Below, in pieces: positions 26,614 to 39,300 of a stretch of 64,000 nucleotides of DNA (position 1 is the stretch's first letter; the number at the start of each line of letters is the position of its first letter). Both the position numbers and the translations under genes were made by a program. Under the pieces are notes generated by a model, which ran no database searches, had not been told where the DNA came from, and saw nothing but the letters and a program-made list of their open reading frames with translations. The stretch is from Antedon mediterranea (taxonomy: Eukaryota; Animalia; Echinodermata), in NCBI RefSeq assembly GCF_964355755.1, contig NC_092676.1, positions 5,433,888 to 5,497,887 of the forward strand, in the 5' to 3' direction.

Positions 26614-28651
26614 TGTGCTGATGAATAGATGTTAGATTCGAGCCCAATAAGCAGTCGGTACTTTGGCACAATGCATGCAAAAGCCGTTTCCCCATTTTTC
26701 ATTGTTGTTCATAGAGCTCAAAGCTTCACGTTGGGAGGTTTTAAAAATTAACATAGAAATCATTATAAAGATTTAGGCATTTTGTCCCCTAAAAACAATG
26801 AGGATTAATAAAATCAGACTTTGAGTTATTTCACTTCCTTAGAAAAAAACAAACACACACATATATGACTTCACTTTGACTTTGACTAGACCTGTTTGTT
26901 TTAAATTACATTTTTTTTAAGTAAACAATTTTCTTTCCGATCAAAGTTTTGTCAAAGTGAATAACTATTATGCGACATTAAAATGGTATATAAAAAAAAT
27001 CAGGGACAGTATTTTTAAATTTATATTATTTTGAACGCCCTCTATTTTGTTGAATTCACAACAATGAAATATAACAACGTTGATAATAATTAGCATGCTA
27101 TTGTTTCACTTTATTAAGCAGAATCTCATAAATAATTTACATTCAAATTTATAAACGTATATCATATATATCTAATATATCTAATATCTAAAAACTTTAT
27201 CCAATCCACAGAAAGTTCAAACGTTGAAACGTCACTACTAAGTACGCCAATCAACGACTCAACCGAAACCAAAGATTCAGCCAATCAAATTTAACCTAAG
27301 AATATTGTTTAGAAATCTGTTAATATCATTAGCTGCATCAAAGCCATTATGTAGTATGCATAATTGATAACAATACTTACGATATTATTAGAAATACATG
27401 TATATACAATAAGTTTCTGCGTCACAATATTAAATGATATATCATACTCAATTGTTTTCTGTATACGTTAATACGCAGGGGTCTTGCTTAACAACCATGT
27501 GGTTGACAGGCCATGGTTACAAAGATTTAGGAGTGGGCGAATTGAGTTTCAATTTACAAAATAAAATGAAACCTAAAAAGTCTCAAACTTAAAATACAAA
27601 ATATTTTGGTTGCTAATAACTAATTTACAAAATTGAAAATGGGGGCTTCTATATATAAATTTACGTAAGGATAAAATTTGGTAAATCGCGCGATACTTGT
27701 AGAATGTTTACTCGATGATATATAAAGTTGGTTCGTACTTTCGGTACTGATTTTAACCACCTGATGTAACCCTGTTTACTAATTAAATTAAGTTAGATAA
27801 TTAGTTATTGACAATTAAAACGAATTTAGGTTCAACGATTTGCCCCAAATAGGGGTGTTTTCTGATCGTGGTATACACTGTCTAATGGATGATGTTCATC
27901 TTGAAAAATACCCGCACAAAACTTAAACTTAAAACCTTAAGATATACAGTAGTATTGCAATACTTAAAATATTGTAAATACGTATTAACCATTTTTGGTC
28001 GCCATTTGAATCGCAAATTTCATACTGCGAGTGTGGGTACAGTTAGATATATATAAACACATACAAATAAACTTTATTACCGTGAGTGTGGGTAGGCCGT
28101 ACTGTTAGATATATAAACGCCCAATATACAAATAAACTTTATTACTGTGACTGTGGGTACTGTTAGATATATAAACACATAATATACAATTAAACTTTAT
28201 TACTGACAGTTGCTTCTCAACGTTTGCATTAATAATTCAAAAAATATAAACGTCGTAGTGGTGTATCGTCACATGTACTTTTCAATCGACTATGACAGTG
28301 AGAGTTTTAACACAAAGTATTAAATCGAAAATGTTCTACTGTATAGTGGTATATTATTTCTAGGCCTATAAAACATGAAAAAATATTTCGTTAATGAGGG
28401 GATAAAGAATATATTTAAAAATTGTTCCTCTTTGTACACACGCTCTTCCCCATCCCTCAACCCTAACGTTACAATACATACAAAACACAAATTGGGTTTC
28501 TTTAAATGAGTCCAAATCAAAAATGTGACAAGTTTCTCTTTCGGAAGTAATTCCCAGGGTGCTAATTTTAGTTGACTACATAAATCATCGTGTCTATTTA
28601 TTCGTTTCTGTAAACGACAATATGGTGGGGATTCACCGCACACCCGTCATT

Positions 28652-28803
28652 GAAGCTTGATTCTAACTAGGACGTAAACAAAAGGACGGAAGCGCAACGT
28701 AAGAAATCTGACCAATCACAAGCGATAGCTTATTCGTAACAGTCGCTTGTCATTGGTCAACTCGGCATACGATCTTGCGTTGCGTCCTAGTTGGAACCAA
28801 ACT
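28652..28803. mobile_element. Palindromic MITE (AGCTTGGTTC..CTAGGACGCAAC family)
   Basis: Inverted ends ..ACTAGGACG / CGTCCTAGTTGGAACCAA; other copies at about 59080-59220 (inverted) and 61298-61431. Confidence 0.6.
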
Positions 28804-29070
28804 ATATAGTCACCATACTTCACAAAGTTGTTTACTCTCAAAGTTTGATGATATTCAATGTAGAGTAAACGTAACAAGGAAAGTGTTCAAATAATACATT
28901 ATGAAAAGAATGATATAATAGATATAAATATATGCAAACCATGTATTGAGAATACTGTAACTTACAATGATTAAAAAGAAAGTATAGGACCTACAAAATG
29001 AAATGTAGATCTGAGGTTTTAGTAGCAGAATGAAAGTAGAAAACCTAAATGTTGAAATCTGAGTTTTCCA

Positions 29071-29732
29071 GACACACACAGCCTCACTCTGCCTATATCT
29101 AATGAAACTAGACACACCCAGCCTCACTCTACCTATATCTAATGTAACTAGACACACCCAGCCTCACTCCATCTATATCTAATGGAACTAGACACACCCA
29201 TACTCACTCTACCTATATCTAATGGAACTAGACACACCCATACTCACTCTACCTATATCTAATGGAACTAGACACACCCAGCCTCACTCTACCTATATCT
29301 AATGAAACTAGACACACTCAGCCTCACTCTACCTATATCTAATGAAACTAGACACACTCAGCCTCACTCTACCTATATCTAATGAAACTAGACACACTCA
29401 GCCTCACTCTACCTATATCTAATGAAACTAGACACACTCAGCCTCACTCTACCTATATCTAATGGAACTAGACACACCCAGCCTCACTCTACCTATATCT
29501 AATGAAACTAGACACACTAAGCCTCACTTTACCTATATCTAATGAAACTAGACACACTCAGCCTCACTCTACCTATATCTAATGGAACTAGACACACCCA
29601 GCCTCACTCTACCTATATCTAATGGAACTAGACACACCCAGCCTCACTCTACCTATATCTAATGTAACTAGACACACCCAGCCTCACTCTACCTATATCT
29701 AATGTAACTAGACACACCCAGCCTCACTCTAC
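29071..29732. repeat. 40-bp minisatellite upstream of LGR copy 1
   Basis: GACACACCCAGCCTCACTCTACCTATATCTAATGAAACTA, about 16.5 copies, no spacers. Confidence 0.96.
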
Positions 29733-30072
29733 AAATCATGGATGAATTTGGTTGTACAGTATACATCATGACGTCGTAGTCAGTAAAACAGAGTTCAGCT
29801 TATTATTCCATTCAACAATCCTAGTTAACTAGTCCATGTGTTTTATAAATCTTGTGCTTATTACATGAATATTATATAATATCAATATAGTATTAAGTAT
29901 TAACAATTGTATTAATGCATCCGGTGATGTACTTCATCTAAATGTTTAATAATTAAAAGTAATATCTACAGGTAAATGAAGATAGTAACAAAGTGTATTG
30001 TTCGTATACTGAACTAACTCGCAGAAGTAAAGTTTATTAAATTAATTTTTACGAGTGAATTAAGTTAAGAAG

Positions 30073-30361
30073 ATGTTCATCTTAAGAGGAATCATACTAC
30101 TGTTTTATATTGCTATATTGATTGCATTGTTATTTTCTCGGTGTTTTAGTATCAGCTTCACTGACGTTAACGTTACCGATCGTGTCACCGATTCCGTTAT
30201 CGATCATGTTGCCTACCCGGTTACCGAGACCAATCATGTTACCGATCATGATGTGACCGATTCTGATATTGATCCTGTTACCTATATAGTTACCGATACC
30301 AATCCTGTTACGGATCCTGTCACTTTTCCGGTTGTCAAGACCAATCCTGTTACCCTTCCCG
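30073..30361 (+). CDS. LGR exon 1: signal peptide + VTD(H/P) repeat segment
   Basis: MFILRGIILLFYIAILIALLFSRCFS hydrophobic leader; donor G|GTATGA in phase 1 matches exon 2. Confidence 0.78.
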
Positions 30362-33300
30362 GTATGATTGCTTTACTTTTTAAATTTCATTATGAATTTA
30401 TTAATTAAGAATATGCTTATACTATAACTATACAGTATTATCACTAAATTTGATGGACATGTTATATTGATGACGTAGCCTATCTTTGAACCGTAGACGT
30501 TGTACTAAAAAAAAGAACGAAACTAAAGAACTAAAAACATCGAAAGCACTCTCTTGTACACTTTTAAATAACGTTTATTTTTACGTTGACTTTACTGTAA
30601 CTTAATTTGTTAGCCGATTAATTTTTATTGTAATTAATTGGACTTTCACAGCTAGACATGTCTGACTAAAGACTGAAGATTGCATTTGTAACAATAAATA
30701 TTTTTTTAAATGATATTTTCCCCTTTTTCCTTTCATGCCTACAACGGCGCAGATCCATTTTTAATAGTGGGGGCGGGGGAGGGGACGTATACAAAATTAA
30801 ATACTTCGCAATCGATTTCTGAGCACATCAAAATTGTCACGATTTTGTGTCTTTGTCTACGATCTATGTTGTATAATAATACTTTTAGTTTTCGGTTTAA
30901 TTTATGAGCATGTCAATGTGATACATTCTACGTGAAAAAGTCGAGCTAATGTTTTTGATTTGTCCGACCTTGAATGTAAAAAAAATTAGGCCTAATGGTC
31001 GATGAACAAAGTTAACAAACTCATAGAATAATAAATAAAGACGCATACAACATAAGTTCTGGCTTAAAGAGTTTAATTAGTAAATGAACATTCGCCCATG
31101 TAAAACTGCACATAAAGGTCATAAGCAAAGTTTTATAGCAATAATTTTCCAATTCTAAGTAAGCACAACAGGGATGCTCAGAGAAAAGTAGCCCGCGGCA
31201 GGTGCCAAGGCACCGCCAAGAGCAGGCTTGAAAATGTTAGGTATGACAACATACAAGAAGTTCAAGTAAATGGTAACAACTGTATAATACATTGCCTTTA
31301 CAGTACGTTCCACCGTACCGCCGTATTCTGCAATCGCCCAGTTCGCGCTAATGCGGATTGAAGCGGCGCTAATGCGGATCGAAGCGGCACTAAACATGCA
31401 TGCCAAAACACAATACCACAGAGAGATTCAAGGAGCCGCCGCCCGGAAGAATACAATCATTAACAAAGTTTTTAGGCACTGGTCCTTATGGGCCACTGGT
31501 TATATTCACGCAAAATCTATTCTTTTTAGGTATTGTATTTTCTGAAAATAATTTTCAATAATTTAATGATTTTGCTGTTGAAAAGTGAAGGGACAATCCC
31601 CACTAAAAAATATAGGGGAGGGGGTGAGGGTACATCTCCCCTCGTACCCCCAGGATCGGCGCCGGTGCCTTCCTAACGTATCTCCGAATTGTCTTGTTCT
31701 TTACAAAAGCAGAATGTCCAGTCTACTGCCATTGTGAAGTGTTGCCTACTGGTGGTCACAGAGTACGATGTCGTCGTCCATGGAGTATTAATAATATCCC
31801 AACTATCAACAAGTATAATAATCTTGTTCACATAACAGAATTGTAAGTATATGGTTATTGTGAGGCAAACCATCTAACTATAAAATCTACTATATAACTT
31901 TAAAATATGTAATAACTGTTGTACATAATTTTTTTTAGTACCTTTGATTAAAATTCAATACAAATTTGAAATGCCAGATAATAATAATAATTACCACCGA
32001 CCCAGGCCATCCACACCAATCATGATCAAATTTCTGTATTACTATTTGTGCAGCGAGAAAAACAAAACGTAAATGTGAACGCAGGTGTACTCATTTCATA
32101 ATATAGTAACATGCACACAAATGCTAACAGTTATTTTTCAGTCAGTAAGCCTATAAAGTTTTCAACAAGTTCTTAATGAAAAATGTTCAATGTTTACCAA
32201 ACAGCTTGAATATTGTAATTTTACTGTATTGTTTTAATTTGAGAGGATTCGTACAAAAACCGAATAAGTATTTGATAGCAGTTTGACAGTATTAAACCTG
32301 TTGTTCTGCAGTTTAAAATCTGAGAAAAACGACAGAAGAATAGATTCTCTTTCTTGAGCTATACTCGTTCACTTGATTTCTATCCATCCGTTCATCCGGG
32401 TAAACTAAAATACAAACAGAGAAACAATTGACACGACGCAATGAAGCATGTCCCTAACGTATACTATACGGCCTAACATACATAAATCGCCGTTAACATA
32501 GGCATACTATCATCATTATGTATATCAAACATAACTAACTCAAAAATAATTAATAAATACAAATTATAATAATTTCGTTGTTTAATTTGTTTGAAAATAA
32601 ACAATGTTTGGTAATAAAAGTTGACATATCAAACAGCTTGAATATTGTAATTGCTACTGTACATTGTTTTTACTTTGAAGGTATTTGAGCCATAACGAAA
32701 TAAGTACATTGCCAGCCAATGTATTTGATAGATTGACAGCACTGACATACCTGTAAGTATTTAGATCATATTAATTTCTTTGTTTAATTTGGTTTAAAAA
32801 TAAAAATTAAAAATAATGAATATAATAATGTATATTATGCTTTGTATCATTTAATAAAACCACTTATAAGCATTAGTAAAATATTTAATATTAACAAATT
32901 ATGATACCAAATATTTAGAATTTGCTTTAGAAATTATGTCTATGAGAATAACACTTTCTTATTAATATAATTAATTTTTGCCTAATTAAGTATACTCATC
33001 AGCATTCACTATGTAGATAATGTCCCTATCATTGACTGAAATACTATAAAAATAATTTAAAATGTATAAGAAAAAAAAATTGATGTATCGAACATCTTGA
33101 ATATTGTAATTGTTACTGTACATTGATTTTACTTTGAAGGTATTTGGGGGTGGGGGAGTGGGAGGCCGGGAAGGAACAAAATAAGTACATTGGCAGCCAA
33201 TGTATTTGATAGATTGACAGCACTGACAGAACTTTAATTATTTTTGCTCTTTTAATTTGTTTAATTAGTTATTAAAAATAATTAATAAAATAATGTATAA

Positions 33301-36300
33301 TAATAAATATTATACATTGTATCATTGTATAATGTAATCAATACATACAGAGTTTAAAAACCACCTAGCATTAGTAAAATATTCAATCATTAGGCCTATC
33401 AATAAATTATTAAAAAAATATTTAATACTGTTTTTCAGTCATTAAACCTATACAGTTTTCATCTTGAATTTCTTAATGAAAAATGTGAATGTTCAATGTT
33501 TACCAAACAGCTTGAATATTGTAATTTTACTGTATTGTAGTTTTTACTTTGAGGGGATTCGTACAAAAACCGAATAAGTATTTGATAGTAGTTTGACAGT
33601 ATTAAACCTGTTGTTCTGAAGTTTAAAATCTGAAAAAAAAAAACGACAGAAGAATAGATTCTCTTTCTTGAGCTGTACTCGTTCACTTTATTTCTATCCA
33701 TCCGTTCATCCGGTAAACTAAAATTCAAACAGACAGAGAAACAATTGACACGGCGCAATGAAGCATGTCCCTAACGTATACTATACGGCCTAACATACAT
33801 AAATCGCCGTTAACATGGGCATACTATCATCATTATGTCTAACAAACATAACTAACTCAAAAATAATTAATAAATACAAATTATATAATGTAAATACCTG
33901 ATACTAGGGCTCACTTAACAAGATTCTGTCTCCACACGGAGCATTAAAGGTGTACAACAACGTTAATACAACGTATCGCCTATTGTGCACAACTTTCATA
34001 CTATCAACAGTTACTACAAGAAACCGTAAATAGCTTAATTTACATATCAAGGTATCAAGGTGCGATGTACATACATAACACCTGTATCTTGATCATAATA
34101 ATTTCATTATTTAATTTGTTTGAAAATAAACAATGTTTGGTAGTAAAAGTTGACATATCGAACAGCTTGAATATTGTAATTGCTACTGTAAATTGTTTTT
34201 ATTTTGAAGGGATTTGAGCTGGAACCAAATAAGTACATTGCCAGCCAATGTATTTGATAGATTGACAGCACTGACAGAACTGTAAGTATTTAGATCATAT
34301 TAATTTCTTTGTTTAATTTGGTTTAAAAATAAAAATTAAAAATAATGAATATAATAATTGTATATTATGCTTTGTATCATTTAAAACCACTTATTAGCAT
34401 TAGTAAAATATTTAATATTAACAAATTATGATACCAAATATTTAGACTTTGCTTTAGAAATTATGTCTATGAGAATAGGCCTTTCTTATTAATATAATTT
34501 ATTTTTGCCTAATTAAAGTATACTGATCAGCATTTACAATGTAATGTCCCTATCATTGACTGAAATACTATAAAAATAATTTAAAATGTATAGTAGTTTG
34601 ACAGTATTAAACCTGTTGTTCTGAAGTTTAAACGCTGAAAAAACGGCAGAAGAATAGATTCTCTTTCTTGAGCTATACTCGTTCACTTTATTCCTATCCA
34701 TCCGTTCATCCGGTAAACTAAAATACAAACAGAGAAACAATTGAAACGGCACAATGAAGCATGCTATACGGCCTAACATACATAAATCGCCGTTAACATA
34801 GGCATACTATCATCATTATGTCTATGAAACATAACTAACTAAAAAATAATTAATAAATACAAATTATATAATGTAAATACCTGATACTATGGCTCACTTA
34901 TACAAGATTCAGTCTCCACACGGAGCATTAAAGGTGTACAACAACGTTAATACAACGTATCGTCTATTGTGTACAACTTTGATACCATGAACAGTGACTA
35001 CAACAAACCGTAGCCTAAATTACATATCAAGGTATCAATGTGCGATGTACATACATAACACCTTGATCATAATAATTTCATTATTTAATTTGTTTGAAAA
35101 AAAAACAATGTTTGATAGTAAAAGTTGACATATCGAACAGCTTCAATATTGTAATTGCTACTGTACATTGTTTTTACTTTGAAGGGATTTGAGATATAAC
35201 CAAATAAGTACATTGCCAGCCAATGTATTTGATAGATTGACAGCACTGACAAAACTGTAAGTATTTAGATCATATTAATTTCTTTGTTTAATTTGGTTTA
35301 AAACTAAAAATTAAAAATAATGAATATAATAATGTATATTATGCTTTGTATCATTTAATAAAACCACTTATAAGCATTAGTAAAATATTTAATACTAACA
35401 AATTATGATACCAAATATTTAGAATTTTCTTTAGAAATTATGTCAATGAGAATAACACTTTCTTATTAATATAATTTATTTTTGCCTAATTAAAGTATAC
35501 TCATCAGCATTTACAATGTAATGTCCCTATCATTGACTGAAATACTATAAAAATAATTTAAAATGTATAAAAAAAAATAAAAAATGATGTATCGAACATC
35601 TTGAATATTGTAATTGTTACTGTACATTGATTTTACTTTGAAGGTGTTTGGGGGTGGGGGAGTGGGAGGCCGCGAAGGAACAAAATAAGTACATTGGCAG
35701 CCAATGTATTTGATAGATTGACAGCACTGACAGAACTTTAATTATTTTTGCTCTTTTAATTTGTTTAATTAGTTATTAAAAATAATTAATAAAATAATGT
35801 ATAATAATAAATAGTATACATTGTATCATTGTATAATGTAATCAATACATACAGAGTTTAAAAACCACTTAGCATTAGTAAAATATTAAATCATTAGGCC
35901 TATCAATAAATTATTTAACAAATATTTAACACTGTTTTTCAGTCAGTAACCCTATACAGTTTTCATCAATTTCTTAATGAAAAATGTGAATGTTCAATGT
36001 TTACCAAACAGTTTGAATATTGTAATTTTACTTTATTGTAGTTTTTACTTTGAGAGGATTCGTACAAAAACCGAATAAGTATTTGATAGTAGTTTGACAG
36101 TATTAAACCTGTTGTTCTGAAGTTTAAAATCTGAAAAAACGACAGAAGAATAGATTCTCTTTCTTGAGCTATACTCGTTCACTTTATTTCTATCCATCCG
36201 TTCATCCGAGTAAACTAAAATACAAACAGAGAAACAATTGACACGGCGCAATGAAGCATGTCCCTATCGTATACTATACGGCCTAACATACATAAATCGC

Positions 36301-39300
36301 CGTTAACATAGGCATACTATCATCATTATGTCTATCAAACATAACTAACTAAAAAATAATTAATAAATAAAAATTATATATTGTAAATACCTGATACTAG
36401 GGCTCACCTAACAAGATTCTGTCTCCACACTGAGCATTGAAGGTGTACAACAACGTTAATACAACGTATCGCCTATTGTGCACAACTTTCATACCATGAA
36501 CAGTGACTACAACAAACCGTAGCCTAAATTACATACCAAGGTATCAAGGTGCGATGTACATACATAACACCTGTATCTTGATCATAATAATTTCGTTATT
36601 TAATTAGTTGGAAAATAAACAATGTTTGGTAGTAAAAGTTGACATATCGAACAGCTTCAATATTGTAATTGCTACTGTACATTGTTTTTACTTTGAAGGG
36701 ATTTGAGATATAACCAAATAAGTACATTGCCAGCCAATGTATTTGATAGATTGACAGCACTGACAGAACTGTAAGTATTTAGATCATATTAATTTCTTTG
36801 TTTAATTTGGTTTAAAACTTAAAATTAAAAATAATGAATATAATAATGTATATTATGCTTTGTATCATTTAATAAAACCACTTATAAACATTAGTAAAAT
36901 ATTTAATATTAAAAATTATGATACCAAATATTTAGACTTTGCTTTAGAAATTACGTCTATGAGAATAACACTTTCTTATTAATATAATTAATTTTTGCCT
37001 AATTAAGTATACTCATCAGCATTTACTATGTAGATAATGTCCCTATCATTGACTGAAAGACTATAACAAATAATTAAAAATGTATAAGAAAAATAAAAAT
37101 TGATGTTTCGAATATCTTGAATATTGTAATTGTTACTGTACATTGATTTTACTTTGAAGGTATTTGGGGGTGGGGGAGCAGGAGGCCGGGAAGGAACAAA
37201 ATAAGTACATTGGCAGCCAATGTATTTGATAGATTGACAGCACTGACAGAACTTTAATTATTTTTGCTCTTTTAATTTGTTTAATTAGTTATTAAAAATA
37301 ATTAATAAAATAATTTATAATAATAAATATTATACATTGTATCATTGTATAATTTTTTTTTTTTTTTTATTCGGTATATAAAAATATATTACAAAACGAC
37401 AGTCAAGGACTGAAATGAATTGTATTACAAATAAATAAAAATTAGTTAAAATTGCTATAAAAATAGAAACATCTTATTAAAATTAGATACCGTACCATAA
37501 AATTATAAAACATACATGAATAAAAATAATGTAATCAATACATACAGACTTTAAAAACCACTTAGCATTAAAATATTCAATCATTAGGCCTATCAATAAA
37601 TTATTAAAAAAATATTTAATACTGTTTTTCAGTCAGTAAACCTATACATGCAGTTTTCATCAATTTCTTAATGAAAAATTTGAATGTTCAATGTTTACCA
37701 ATCAGCTTGAATATTGTAATTTTACTGTATTGTTGTTTTTACTTTGAGGGAATTCGTACAAAAACCGAATAAGTATTTGATAGTAGTTTGACAGTATTAA
37801 ACCTGTTGTTCTGCAGTTTAAACGCTGAAAAAACGACAGAAGAATAGATTCTCTTTCTTGAGATATACTCGTTCACTTTATTTCTATCCATCCGTTCAAC
37901 CGGTAAACTAAAATACAAACAGACAGAGAAACAATTGACACGACGCAATGAAGCATGTCCCTAACGTATTATACTATACGGCCTAACATACATAAATCGC
38001 CGTTTACATGGCAATAATAACATCATTTTGTCCATCAAACATAACTAACTCAAAAATAAATAAATAAATACAAATTATATAATGTAAATACCTGATACTA
38101 GGGCTCACTTAACAAGATTCTGTTTCCACACGGAGTATTAAAGGTGTACAACAACGTTAATACAACGTGTCGCCTATTGTGCACAACTTTCATACCATGA
38201 ACAGTGACTACAACAAACCGTAAATAGCCTAAATTACATATCAAGGTATCAAGGTGCGATGTACATACATAACACCTGTATCTTGATCATAATAATTTCA
38301 TTATTTAATTTGTTTGAAAATAAACAATGTTTGGTAGTAAAAGTTGACATATCGAACAGCTTGAATATTGTAATTGCTACTGTACATTGAAGGAAGGAAC
38401 AAAATAAGTACATTGGCAGCCAATGTATTTGATAGATTGACAGCACTGACAGAACTTTAATTATTTTTGCTCTTTTTATTTGTTTAATTAGTTATTAAAA
38501 TAATTAATAAAATAATGTATAATAATAAATATTATACATTGTATCTTTGTATAATGTAATCAATACATACAGAGTTTAAAAACCACTTAGCATTAGTAAA
38601 ATATTCAATCATTAGGCCTATCAATAAATTATTACAAAAATATTTAATACTGTTTTTCAGTCAGTAAACCTATAAAGTTTTCATCAATTTCTTAATGAAA
38701 AATTTGAATGTTCAATGTTTACCCAAACAGCTTGAATATTGTAATTTTACTGTATTGTTGTTTTTTACTTTGAGGGGATTCGTACTAAAACCGAATAAGT
38801 ATTTGATAGTAGTTTGACAGTATTAAACCTATTGTTCTGCAGTTTAAACGCTGAAAAAAACGACAGAAGAATATATTCTCTTTCTTGAGCTATACTCGTT
38901 CACTTTATTTCTATCTATCCGTTCATCCGGGTAAACTAAAATACAAACAGAGAAACAATTGACACGACGCAATGAAGCATGTCCCTAACGTATACTATAC
39001 GGCCTAACATACATAAATCGCCGTTAACATAGGCATACTATCATCATTATGTCTATCAAACATAACTAACTCAAAAATAATTAATAAATACAAATTATAT
39101 AATGTAAATACCTGATACTAGGGCTCACTTATATAAGATTCTGTCTCCACACGGAGCATTAAAGGTGTACAACAACGTTAATACAACGTATCGCCTATTG
39201 TGCACAACTTTCATACCATGAACAGAGACTACAACAAACCGTAAATAGCCTAAATTACATATCAAGGTATCAAGGTGCGATGTACATACATAACACCTTG

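Noticed and set aside
29071-29732. CRISPR-like regular repeat (also 61699-62240)
   Set aside because: Head-to-tail 40-bp units with no unique spacers, no cas genes, eukaryotic context
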